Source: Histomonas meleagridis 2922-C6/04-290x
Taxonomy: Eukaryota > Protista > Parabasalia
Assembly (NCBI GenBank): GCA_020184695.1
Contig: JAANOX010000126.1
Coordinates: 186,001 to 250,000 of the forward strand
Length of the DNA: 64,000 nucleotides
Reading direction: 5' to 3'
The notes beneath the pieces are model-generated. The model had not been told where the DNA came from. It ran no database searches and was given only the letters and a program-made list of their open reading frames with translations. Positions 44,211 to 54,656 of the stretch are shown one piece after another. A program made the translations under genes and the position numbers. Positions within the stretch are counted from its first letter, which is position 1; each line of letters starts with the position of its first letter.

Positions 44211-45071
44211 ATCACGGCAGCCAAACTACTTAGATCAAACCACCATTTTATCTGCGGGACGCTATCTGCTGTCATAGCTAAAACTGTTACAGCTCCTTTA
44301 GATGTAATGAAACTTTTCAAACAAGTTGAAAGTAAGACTCATACTGCTAAAGAATCATATGATGAAATAATTTATAAAAAAGGAATAACTGGTTTATGGC
44401 GTGGAAACACTATTGGTCTTATAAATCAAGGTTTGTGTTCAGGAATTAAGTTTTATTTTTCACATAAAATTAATCAATACCTTGGACCAAAAAAACATCG
44501 TACGCCACTTGAGATGGCAGCTACAGGGGCTATTTCTGGTTTAATTAGTCAAGTTTCTATGTACCCTTTAGATTTTATTCGAACAAGAATGATTATTTCA
44601 CCTGATAAATATAAAGGCTTCTTCCAATCCTGTGCTCTCGTTTATAAGGAGCAAGGATTTTCAGGATTTTGGACAGGTTTGAAGCCCACAATTGTTGGCG
44701 CGATTCCATATGAAAGCTCAAACCACCTTATATACAGTTGGCTCAAGCAACAGTCGTTTATAAAAACCAACAAAGTTGCAACAATACCAAGAAACTTACT
44801 TTTTGGAACAATTGCAGGTATTGTTTCACAAGCATTGGCTTATCCATTTGAAACTGTCCGCCGTCGAATGATGGTTTGTGAGTCTGATGGAAAGCCTAAG
44901 TACAATTCCATGAAAGAATGTTTCCAAAAGACATATAAAGAAGAAGGAATCAAAGCATTCTATAAAGGAATTGGCGTTAACACAGTTAAATGTATTCCAT
45001 ACTCGGCTCTTCAATATGCGTTATATGAGGAAATGTTAAAAGTAGAGGATTATCTAATAAAGAAATTTTGA
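44211..45071 (+). CDS. Mitochondrial carrier family protein (hydrogenosomal Hmp31/AAC-like); no in-frame ATG before helix 1
   Basis: Three PxD/ExxK/R repeats (PLDVMK, PLDFIR, PFETVR). Start placed provisionally at ATC 44211 in a CAAAAA context. Confidence 0.85.
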   Translation: MTAAKLLRSNHHFICGTLSAVIAKTVTAPLDVMKLFKQVESKTHTAKESYDEIIYKKGITGLWRGNTIGLINQGLCSGIKFYFSHKINQYLGPKKHRTPLEMAATGAISGLISQVSMYPLDFIRTRMIISPDKYKGFFQSCALVYKEQGFSGFWTGLKPTIVGAIPYESSNHLIYSWLKQQSFIKTNKVATIPRNLLFGTIAGIVSQALAYPFETVRRRMMVCESDGKPKYNSMKECFQKTYKEEGIKAFYKGIGVNTVKCIPYSALQYALYEEMLKVEDYLIKKF

Positions 45072-45331
45072 TATATTATTATAAAGTCTTTAACATATAT
45101 AAATTGATAAATAAAAGGAAAAAAAGTTATGCAATAAATCTTTATCATTCATGTGAAAAAGCAAGCTCGATAAATAGCGGCGCACAAAAAATGATTTATC
45201 GCATTTATGAACAGTCCAAAGTGAAGCTTCTTGCGTTTTGAAAATAAAGAAACAGACTTTTTCCTCAAATAAAGCATAAAATTTCTGCAGAATTAATAAC
45301 TCTCATGAAAGGTCAGGTTTATTTTATTGCA

Positions 45332-46315
45332 TTAAAGAGAACAAATGCTGCGATTATTTTCGTATTCCGTTAGTTTAGTACGTATTAGCTCGTGGAATTC
45401 CTTGTCTTTGTTTGTGAAGACTAATCCGTTTTTACTGTTTGCTACTTTCCCATCTCTTGTGTACTCGATCGGGCCCCCATCGAGAGTGGTGCAGTTACAC
45501 CCAATCTCAGTCAGAAACAGCTCAAACGGTGCAACGTCCCAAAAGAACTCTTCCATGTTATGAAACCGCCCGTAAACCGAAAATTTTCCAGTCGCTAAAA
45601 CGAAAGCCTTCGTCATGGAAACCATTCGCAACGCATTGTTAGTGTGGAGGAGGTCGGCGAGGAATTGTATGCGTGGGCTGAATTCGGCAAAACGGCCTGG
45701 CTTCGCATATAAAACTCCATCTGTGATTGTTGAAGGAAGTGTAACACGATGATGAGTACCGTCCATGCCAAAGATCCATGAGCCATGGCCTTTGGCAGAA
45801 ACAAAAATCGCTGGTCCGTCAATTGGATATCCTGTGATATCACTTGAATGACGTGGCCATGCTGTGACTGATAATGTAAGTTTGAGATCAACAAGGAGAG
45901 CTGTTGCAATGGCAAAATGACCATTGTTAATAAATCCATATGTTCCATCAATTGGATCAATGCACCAAACTCTGTGATCTTCTGGGTTTATATAATGAAT
46001 AGCTGTTGAGCAAGCAGAAACAGGATCAAAATTTTCTGGTAAAACATGTTTAACTTTAGAAAGAAATTCTGGTGTAATTTTGCTATAATCTTCTTCTCCA
46101 AATACTTTATCACCTGGGAATTTTTTTGAAATGCCATCCATAATTAGTGACTGAATTGCAAAATCACATATTGTTACAACTGTTCCATCATTTTTAGTTT
46201 GAACCTGATCAGTTTGCATTTCATTGAGAATATTAAGCGACATAGAAATCAATGGCTTGATGATTTCAATCATTTTTTCAACATCTTGAGCAAACTCTCC
46301 AAAAATGCTTTCCAT
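45332..46315 (-). CDS. Inositol monophosphatase family, 3'(2'),5'-bisphosphate nucleotidase (HAL2/SAL1)-like
   Basis: K.DGTVVTICDFAIQ, GEED, CIDPIDGT and WDVAP motifs. Confidence 0.9.
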   Translation of the reverse strand: MESIFGEFAQDVEKMIEIIKPLISMSLNILNEMQTDQVQTKNDGTVVTICDFAIQSLIMDGISKKFPGDKVFGEEDYSKITPEFLSKVKHVLPENFDPVSACSTAIHYINPEDHRVWCIDPIDGTYGFINNGHFAIATALLVDLKLTLSVTAWPRHSSDITGYPIDGPAIFVSAKGHGSWIFGMDGTHHRVTLPSTITDGVLYAKPGRFAEFSPRIQFLADLLHTNNALRMVSMTKAFVLATGKFSVYGRFHNMEEFFWDVAPFELFLTEIGCNCTTLDGGPIEYTRDGKVANSKNGLVFTNKDKEFHELIRTKLTEYENNRSICSL

Positions 46316-46385
46316 GATTGCTAACCGTCGTGAAACAGTTAATTTGAATTCAAATATCAGCAACGATATCTCTGTCTTCCCTTGA

Positions 46386-47699
46386 ATGGATGAAACTTAT
46401 CATAGATCTAATTCTAGGCAGCGTAAAAAAGAGCAACACATTGAAAAACAACACGAAGACCTTCAAGCAAAATTTGCAAGTGTATCTGCTAGTTTCCCAT
46501 ATCTCGGATTTGCAAGTGGGGATATAACTGAAACTCCAAATGGATTCGATGGAGAATTGCCACAAAATGCAAATCTTCTCATGTGGAGTACAGATATGCT
46601 ATACAAGCTTAGATCAGAATTAATTGCGTTAAGCATTGAAACAGATTCCATTCAAATGGAAGTTCAACAAAAAGCTTCAAAATCTCTTGAAGAGGTTTTC
46701 AGCCAATTGAAGGAAGAAGAGACTTCTCAATCACTTCAATTTTTTTCTCTTGGTAGAACCACAGAACCGGAAAAATATGATGAGGAGTTCGGTTACATAC
46801 CATCAAGGTCTTCATCTCCACATCCAGTAGAGAAGATAGAGCCAGAACAGAAAATCAAAATCAAAGATCGATCATCAACAGGACAAAGATCTCGTCAAAC
46901 AGAGTCACAACAATCAATACTTTCGAAGCAAGACAATATATGGGTTAACACGGATTTATTTATGAAGCCTATTGAAAGTTTTTCAAAAATCAATCATATT
47001 TTGAACCAATCAAGAAAAGTTGAAATCCAATCCCAAGAAATTGGGCCTCATTATTCAACGACCATTCTTCGTAACCATGATATTTCTGAAGCACTTAAAT
47101 CGAGACTTATTCTTCCGAAATCAACAAATGATGAATCTCGAAAAAATTCTGTCCGACTCCATCGAAGGCTTGTTTCTGCTCTAATTCCAATTCGCCCCAC
47201 TGAGCAAACGATTAACAAATCAAAATCAGTTATAAATCTTCTTGATGGCGATTCTTACATATCTGAAGAACTTGAAAAACAAAGTCTTATGCACCAAAAA
47301 GTAAAATCAATGAATACTAATGGTACGCCTACGGTAAGTGGACTAGGTATTTCTCATTATGGCAACTTAAGTTTTAAGGAACGTCTTGAATTAGAACTTG
47401 AATCTCTTGAATTAGTCAACCCTATGAGTAATATTACAGACAACAACTGCCCCGTCATGAGGAGTCTCATCGAAAAGGTGAATTCTCAGGATCAAGTCAT
47501 TGGAATGGCAAATCAAATGAAGCAACGCGTCAAGCAAACGATAGCTGTAAACAAGTCAAAATTCGACGATAGAATTAATTATGGGAAGCAATGGGATAAA
47601 GCTCTGAGAGATTATCTTGAAAAACAAGAACAGCTAAAGAACATGAAGAAAAAGAAAAATCAACACAGGCGCTCGGAGTATGAAGACGAAATTATTTAA
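46386..47699 (+). CDS. Ada3/TADA3-like (SAGA HAT module) protein
   Basis: IWVNTDLFMKPI, GPHYS, LHRRLVSALIP and LSFKERLELEL correspond by eye to conserved Ada3 blocks. Confidence 0.55.
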   Translation: MDETYHRSNSRQRKKEQHIEKQHEDLQAKFASVSASFPYLGFASGDITETPNGFDGELPQNANLLMWSTDMLYKLRSELIALSIETDSIQMEVQQKASKSLEEVFSQLKEEETSQSLQFFSLGRTTEPEKYDEEFGYIPSRSSSPHPVEKIEPEQKIKIKDRSSTGQRSRQTESQQSILSKQDNIWVNTDLFMKPIESFSKINHILNQSRKVEIQSQEIGPHYSTTILRNHDISEALKSRLILPKSTNDESRKNSVRLHRRLVSALIPIRPTEQTINKSKSVINLLDGDSYISEELEKQSLMHQKVKSMNTNGTPTVSGLGISHYGNLSFKERLELELESLELVNPMSNITDNNCPVMRSLIEKVNSQDQVIGMANQMKQRVKQTIAVNKSKFDDRINYGKQWDKALRDYLEKQEQLKNMKKKKNQHRRSEYEDEII

Positions 47700-48176
47700 A
47701 AATCTTGTAAATAAATTTGCTTTTGTTTTGTAATTACAAAAATTTAAGCAATTCGGTATTCAGTTAAACATTTTAATGTGTTAGTTGAATTCTATTGTTC
47801 TTATTATTGTAATAGTAAAAAATAGTGAATTTTTTCATACATTTCCTTCATTTGATTTGAATCCATTTTAAACCTTTTTGTATTTATTAATTATTATTTG
47901 AAATATTTTATGTATTTTAAGACACAAAATATATTTTCAGTAATTTTTAGCTTCTGTGAAAGCGCTGTTCACATCAGGATGATAATAAATATAAAATCTT
48001 TCCCTCATTTATTAAATATTTAACGACAATCGCAGTATTAAGTGTTGTAGTTCGGGAATATTGGATTATAGTCTGATTCAAAGGTGTTACTCATCAGATG
48101 TGTTATCATTGAAGATTTACCTACAGGACTTGTTTCCACATCACAACAGGATATTTAATCATCTCATGATTTACAC

Positions 48177-48798
48177 ATGACTAAAATTTCCAACCTCTTG
48201 ATATATTCCATATACAAACGCCTGCAACTAACTGTGGAAACTAAGAGTTACGACTTCTCTGTTTATCTTTTGGGATCTAGTTGTGTAGGTAAATCTTCAA
48301 TAATAATGCGTCTATTACATAACAAGTTTTCTACAGTATTTAATCCAACATTAGATGATTACTATAAATATTCTCTAGAAGTTGATGGTGAGGTAACAAA
48401 ACATGAAATTGGTACTGCTGGTCAACATTGACCACGAATCTTTTCCAAGATTTTATAAGGATGGAAACCAAGATTTTATAAATGTTTATTCCATAAATGA
48501 TCGCTTATCTTTCATAGAGGCCAAAGAACATTGTACGAATATATTAAAAACAAAACAGTATGTTAATGTTCCAATTATCTTATGCGCGAATAAATGCGAT
48601 TTTGAAGATTCTAAACGTGTTATTAGCAGACAACTAGGCGAAGAACTCGCAGCAATGTTCAACGCAAAATAATTTGAAACATCAGCTGCTTTGTCCTTCG
48701 GTATCACCGAAGCATTTTCTGCCATGGCTAGAATGCTGAGAGAGATGAATCCCAAAATTACTAGTAATAATCCCAAAAAGAATTGTGTTATTTCCTAA
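48177..48798 (+). pseudogene. Ras-family GTPase pseudogene
   Basis: GSSCVGKS, PTLDD, (D)TAGQ with DT eroded, frameshift at about 48425, NKCD, premature TAA at 48670-48672 before FETSA, terminal CVIS CaaX. Confidence 0.85.
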
Positions 48799-49068
48799 AA
48801 AATTTATATAAATTTATTTTTAAATATATATAATAATTAAATAGCATGAATTACGATAAATATCATATATGTATACGTTGAAAAACATATGTTGTTATTG
48901 AAAAATCTTTTTATTTAATCCTTTTAGGTCATGTGAATCATTTTCTTTTGCATTTTTATTTGAAAGTAAAATTTCTAAATTTGTATAAACTATTCAAAAA
49001 AGTGTTTTTTGAATGGAAATTTTTACTTTGGCCAAAGCAAAAAAATTGCATTAAGGTTTTGATTCCCA

Positions 49069-50862
49069 ATGAAATATGAAATAGTGATTCTTTCATCTCG
49101 AACATTAGATAGTGATCCATCAGTTGCCTTATTTTTTGATGATGCATTTTACATTTTCAATATTCCAGATTTAACACAAAGAGTCTTTTTTGAAATTAGA
49201 ATGAAATTTTCAAAATTAAAGCATTTTTTCCTTACAAGCCTTAACTCAGATGCTATGGGTGGTTTTCAAGGTCTTGCTATTTCTTCTTTTGAAGCCAAAA
49301 AATTTCCTGTTAATTATTCAGCGCCAGAAGGATTCAATGAAATACTAGAAACATATTCAAAATTACATACAAACTTTGAACTTATTCCATCAATAATTAA
49401 AAATTATGTTGATTCTAACATATCTGTAACTGAACATAAATTAGTAAATTCTGTTGCATATCAAGTAAAGCTTTGTGACATTCCAGGGAAATTTTTACCC
49501 GAAAAAGCCATTCAAATTGGTGTTCCCAAAGGTCCTTTATTCAAGGATTTAGTAATGGGGAAAAATGTCACATTACCTAATGGAACCATTGTAACACCTG
49601 ATTTGGTTAAAGCACCTCCTCACATTGGGGAAACTGTCTTTTTTGTTAATTGTTATTCTCCATCAGATATTCAATGTCTTCCAACCGATTGTAATACCTT
49701 TGATTTTGTTGTTCATTTCACTCATCCTAGTCTCCTTTTTACACCCGAATATCTCTCACACTTTGACCCCAATCAAAAATCCGTTTGTTTCTCCGAAACT
49801 GGTCACATCACATTTCATTCGATTTCAGAGCTTTACACCGCAAGCATACAAATTTCTAACCGTCTTTGGCACCCCCTAATCGAATACGACGTACTTCAAC
49901 AGATTGAACTTCCACTAGGTTTTCATGAAGGTCATCCTAAACTTCAATACGCATTTGCCCCATTTGATAAGAGACGTTTTATAGAACCCACAATTGAAAA
50001 TATTGAACCTCATCTTGAAGAACCACTTCCACAATTTAATGATTTTATGGTAACATTTCTTGGCACAGGTTCCACGTATCCATCTAAATATCGAAATGTA
50101 TCCGGAATATTAATCCATACACATTCTGGATACATTGTTCTTGATGCTGGTGAAGGATTTGCATTTCAACTTCAACGCAAGTATGGTCCGAATAATTTAC
50201 GCCACATACTATCCAATATTCTTTGTATTTGGATATCACATATTCATGGCGATCATCATTTTGGCTTATATCAACTCTTACAAAAGCGGTCATTACTCTG
50301 CAACACTCCTGTACCACTTATTTGCCATCCATTAATCGAACGTCACATGCAAACCATCCAACAAAAAGTCGGCTCATTAAATTACATTTATTATCCACAC
50401 AACGAAACCTTCAAAACGGGAAACACAGTCATCGAATCGATCCCCGTCATCCATTGTATTGATTCCTATGGCTGCGTCTGTACAATCGACGGCGGATGGC
50501 GTGTTGCATACAGCGGCGATCGCGCGTCAACAGATAACTTTCCGAAAGTTGTCGGATGTTGCGACTTGTTAATACACGAGGCAACATTCACCGACGATCT
50601 CATCGAGAACGCGATCGAGAAGAAACATTGCACATTAGGGCAGGCGATCAATGCGGGCGTGGAAGCGAACGCGAGGTACGTGATAATGACGCACTTTAGT
50701 CAGAGGTATCCGAAGGTTCCGGTGTTCAACGACGAGAACGAAAACATCGCGTTCGCATTCGATTATATGTCGTGTAAGTTTGAGGATATTGAGGAGTTGT
50801 GTAAGGTGTGTCCGGAGGTAATGAAATTAATACAGGAAAGAGAAGAAAAGGACGAGAAATAA
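49069..50862 (+). CDS. ELAC2: RNase Z, long form (tRNA 3' endonuclease)
   Basis: FLGTGS, LDAGEG, HIHGDHH, YSGD, HEAT and HFSQRYP motifs; GVPKGP exosite. Confidence 0.95.
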   Translation: MKYEIVILSSRTLDSDPSVALFFDDAFYIFNIPDLTQRVFFEIRMKFSKLKHFFLTSLNSDAMGGFQGLAISSFEAKKFPVNYSAPEGFNEILETYSKLHTNFELIPSIIKNYVDSNISVTEHKLVNSVAYQVKLCDIPGKFLPEKAIQIGVPKGPLFKDLVMGKNVTLPNGTIVTPDLVKAPPHIGETVFFVNCYSPSDIQCLPTDCNTFDFVVHFTHPSLLFTPEYLSHFDPNQKSVCFSETGHITFHSISELYTASIQISNRLWHPLIEYDVLQQIELPLGFHEGHPKLQYAFAPFDKRRFIEPTIENIEPHLEEPLPQFNDFMVTFLGTGSTYPSKYRNVSGILIHTHSGYIVLDAGEGFAFQLQRKYGPNNLRHILSNILCIWISHIHGDHHFGLYQLLQKRSLLCNTPVPLICHPLIERHMQTIQQKVGSLNYIYYPHNETFKTGNTVIESIPVIHCIDSYGCVCTIDGGWRVAYSGDRASTDNFPKVVGCCDLLIHEATFTDDLIENAIEKKHCTLGQAINAGVEANARYVIMTHFSQRYPKVPVFNDENENIAFAFDYMSCKFEDIEELCKVCPEVMKLIQEREEKDEK

Positions 50863-51517
50863 ATATATAAATAAAATTTGATATGTTTTGATTTTAATAT
50901 AATGTATATCACCAGAGTAATGTATGTGAATAATTGAATTAAATAATATATTATTATGTCGTATCGAGACCAAAAGCTGTGCTTTGAAAATATGCAAATA
51001 ATTTGATTCGTTACTTTGCTGTTTCATTACAGAATTCTGGTTGTGGAAAATTAGCAGCATTTTTCAATCGGTTTTGATAGAATAACGTTCAAAAAGTGAA
51101 ACCGATTTTTTCCAGTTTAATTGTAAACTTTTCGAACAAAAAAAGAAACGATACAGGGGTGCCTCGAAGTCAATGGAGAATTTATAAGTGATTTCCAAGG
51201 TCCGAAGATGAAAAACCAGAGAATTTCTAGTAAAGGGTTTTTTTCCGCATCCTGCTTTGACTTTAAAAATTAAAATAAAAGACGATTATAATGTAATAAA
51301 ATTATCAAAAATCAAAACTTTACGATTACCTTTGATATGTTCCAAAGCATCACAATAATCACACACACATAAAAAAGTTAAACATCGAAGTAATTAATTA
51401 ATTTTAGAGATCTTTTTATGCATAAAAAAATCAAAATTTTATTTCTTTATTTATTTATTCGAATAAATAACTTCATTTTTCGCGCACATAATTCTACAAA
51501 CATAAATTTGTTTCATT

Positions 51518-54220
51518 TCAAACCTTTTCCAGGTACTTCGGGAAGAATCTTTTTATCAACGATATTCCATCATTTCCATTTGATTTCAAATGGTTACATA
51601 ATTGTAACAAGAAACTTCCGATTAATTCGTTTGGCATTTTCCCCAAAATTTGCATAAACAATTTTGTTGCCTTTTTTGTTCTTTTATAGTTCCAAAACAT
51701 TTTATTTACTATTATACTAATTAGTAAACACGCCAATTTACCCAAAACGTTTTGTAACAAGTTACAAATTGATTTTATTACGTCTGAAGATTTCATTTGT
51801 AAAACTTTATTACAAAAGTTAAACAACTTTCGAATAATTATTGGGTCATTACCACTTAAAATTATATTTAATGTGATTAAAAGTTGTTCACATTTTAATA
51901 ATTCTAATAAAGCGATTTCAGATTCGGCAATCTTCTTAAGGATATACCAATTATTAGTCATTAACTTCCGATTCGAATTAATTAAGTTTTCACATAATAT
52001 TATTATGAATTCTTTCGATACTGTCATTGATACTTTACAATTCGGGAATTTAAGAAATGATTTAATGACATTAAATAACTTATTAAATGATTTAAATGAT
52101 TTAATGGTGCTACAAATTATCGACAATAAAGCAGATAATTGATCTTGATATTGTTTTTGATTAATTTCTTTGATGATGATGTTCGATGTTAATATCATTG
52201 ATAAAGGTTCCAAAAAGATATAAAAGCTGAATAAATCAATGTTTATAGCTTCAATGAATAACGTAACTAAAGGATATGGATCACATTGAAGTTTAGCGTT
52301 TAATAAATTCGTATATAATATAACAAAAACATGATACATAAACTTTGCGATGTAAGGTGTAATGTTTTGTAATAAGTTCGATATATAATTATGTCCAACA
52401 TTTAAAAAGATTTCGCCTAATGTACCTGAATCATTAATAAGTAAATAATTAAAATATTTTTGTCCGATTTCATATTCACTTGATACATTTATATATATAA
52501 AAAGATCGGGATTTAATATGAATTGTTTTAAAGCTGGTGATGGATTAAGTGATATCATTAATATTAACTTATATAAATCACTTTCGTAATTAGAATTTAA
52601 TGAATTCCATAAGTTCTTTCGTAACGTGATATCTTTTCGTAACGTTTGCATAATATTTAATGAAAGTTTTCGACATTTCGTTATTGTGTCATTAAAAAAT
52701 TGACTACTTTTCTCTAATAATGATGAAAATAATATTAATGAGAAATAATGTAATTGACAAACATTAACATTAAATGTATTATTTAATTGTTTTACAGGAG
52801 TTATTAATGTATATTGTTTAGGTTCAATATATAATAAATATTTGGTGACGTTAAATAATAAAAAAATATTTTCTTTTTGTTCTAATCGTTGAAATAATAA
52901 ATCGCCATGAATAGAACTATTCATTAATGCTTGAAATAAATATAAAAATCGTATGAAATATTCCTCCGATAATTGACAATATGTCATTAATGAATTAATA
53001 TAATTATTTTGCATAATTTTTTCTATTGTTTTGTTATTTTTAGGATCATTAAAGATTTCACATAAAGTTTCTGTACCCATTTGAACACTAAGAAGCTTTT
53101 GTACTGTTAAATTATTATCATTTAATATCTCATTATATGTTTCTTTTGTTTGATTTTCATTAACATTCCAATATGTCGAATTATATGGATGAAGCGGGCT
53201 ATCGGCAAACAGAGTCTGTGAATGTACTCCATATTCAATAAATTCTTTAACAAATTCTTCTTTATCAACTCCAACAACTATGTAATTGGATTTCTCTTCT
53301 TGATATGATTCATAATTTATTTTGTCGATGATGGGTTCAACTAAATCATATTTTGTAAATTGTAATGATTTTGCCCATGATAAATCAAGATTTGTTTCTT
53401 TAATTAAAGGTTCCTTTTGTTGTTCTTGATAAGGCGTTTTCATGGATGATGAAACTTGTGTTATTCGACATGATTTTTTAATTTCAATTGGTCGCTTCAT
53501 TTGGAAAGTAAGTACATCTTGAACGATTTCGCTCCAATGTTCATATGCTTCTTCATACACTTCAAAGTTGTCGTAGAGAAATGGAACGGGCTCTTGTGGA
53601 AGAAGTTGTGCTTGCCATTGATTATCGGGACATATTTGATGTTTCATTCGGACAATGTCTCGATTAGGAATTTGATGGTCGAATTTTTCGTCGGGTTCAA
53701 TTGGTTCTTCATCAAAAATAATTGTTCTTAATTGTTGATGATTTTTGGCAATTAATGGCGATTGTGTTGGCTTAAAGGCACGATATTGTTGGGATCCTAC
53801 AGTTAAAGAAACTGGTGGATTAATAACATATAAAGAAGATAAAATTGGTACGGGAAGAATTACATACCCAAAAATGCCATTAACATTACTCTTCCATCGA
53901 GCACATGCATGTATGAATTCTTGCTTGCTTTTGAAGTATGACGGTTCAGGAAAACGTAAGTAGGAAAAACGCGCATTTGGCCCAAGATTTGTTACTGAAT
54001 CTGTTTGTGCAAACGTATTTGCATCCTTTGGAAAGTCTTCAAGATATTGATAAAATTTGTTATAGCATCGCATTTTTGAATCAAGAAATAACGGTGCTTC
54101 TTTTTCATTAAGAATAATTGGATATTTCCCAGAAGAATCAATTCCATGATACATAGTTTCTAACGAGTAATAGTCTTTGTAATTTCCTTCCAGAAATGTT
54201 TGCGATCTTTCCCCAGACAT
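51518..54220 (-). CDS. Hypothetical 900-aa protein with ARM-like C-terminal half
   Basis: Long open frame; repeated P-E-P..F....F..A...W motif in the N-terminal part; helical C-terminus. Confidence 0.7.
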   Translation of the reverse strand: MSGERSQTFLEGNYKDYYSLETMYHGIDSSGKYPIILNEKEAPLFLDSKMRCYNKFYQYLEDFPKDANTFAQTDSVTNLGPNARFSYLRFPEPSYFKSKQEFIHACARWKSNVNGIFGYVILPVPILSSLYVINPPVSLTVGSQQYRAFKPTQSPLIAKNHQQLRTIIFDEEPIEPDEKFDHQIPNRDIVRMKHQICPDNQWQAQLLPQEPVPFLYDNFEVYEEAYEHWSEIVQDVLTFQMKRPIEIKKSCRITQVSSSMKTPYQEQQKEPLIKETNLDLSWAKSLQFTKYDLVEPIIDKINYESYQEEKSNYIVVGVDKEEFVKEFIEYGVHSQTLFADSPLHPYNSTYWNVNENQTKETYNEILNDNNLTVQKLLSVQMGTETLCEIFNDPKNNKTIEKIMQNNYINSLMTYCQLSEEYFIRFLYLFQALMNSSIHGDLLFQRLEQKENIFLLFNVTKYLLYIEPKQYTLITPVKQLNNTFNVNVCQLHYFSLILFSSLLEKSSQFFNDTITKCRKLSLNIMQTLRKDITLRKNLWNSLNSNYESDLYKLILMISLNPSPALKQFILNPDLFIYINVSSEYEIGQKYFNYLLINDSGTLGEIFLNVGHNYISNLLQNITPYIAKFMYHVFVILYTNLLNAKLQCDPYPLVTLFIEAINIDLFSFYIFLEPLSMILTSNIIIKEINQKQYQDQLSALLSIICSTIKSFKSFNKLFNVIKSFLKFPNCKVSMTVSKEFIIILCENLINSNRKLMTNNWYILKKIAESEIALLELLKCEQLLITLNIILSGNDPIIIRKLFNFCNKVLQMKSSDVIKSICNLLQNVLGKLACLLISIIVNKMFWNYKRTKKATKLFMQILGKMPNELIGSFLLQLCNHLKSNGNDGISLIKRFFPKYLEKV

Positions 54221-54656
54221 TCGGAAGGATTTGTTGAAATTATTATCGTCAGTTTACAATCAATTTTGTTAAACAGCAACTTTTTGTGAATCCTCGATTT
54301 ATTTTTCTGACAAAACCTACTTTTTGACTTGGTTATAAACAGTTTTGTTAGCGAATTTTTTTAAAATGAAATTTGGAATTTCAGTAAGATGCACAAAATA
54401 AACTTAGCGATAATATAAAAAAATGTAATAGCTCATAGATTCTATTCATTGTTTAATGAATAAATACATCTTATAAAAACTTTTAAAATCGATACATACA
54501 TTATTATCATTTCAATTTTTTTTAATTAAATAAAAATTTATTTACTACCAATTTTCAGTACAAATGATAGAAACGATTTTGATATGAATTATGAAGAAAT
54601 GATTTCCATATCCAACAAGAAACAAGACTTTGCACAAACGGTTATTTTCCTGTTGG

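Noticed and set aside
48670-48672. Stop-codon reassignment (TAA read-through) in the Ras-like gene
   Set aside because: Most intact genes here terminate at TAA, and the same gene has other lesions.
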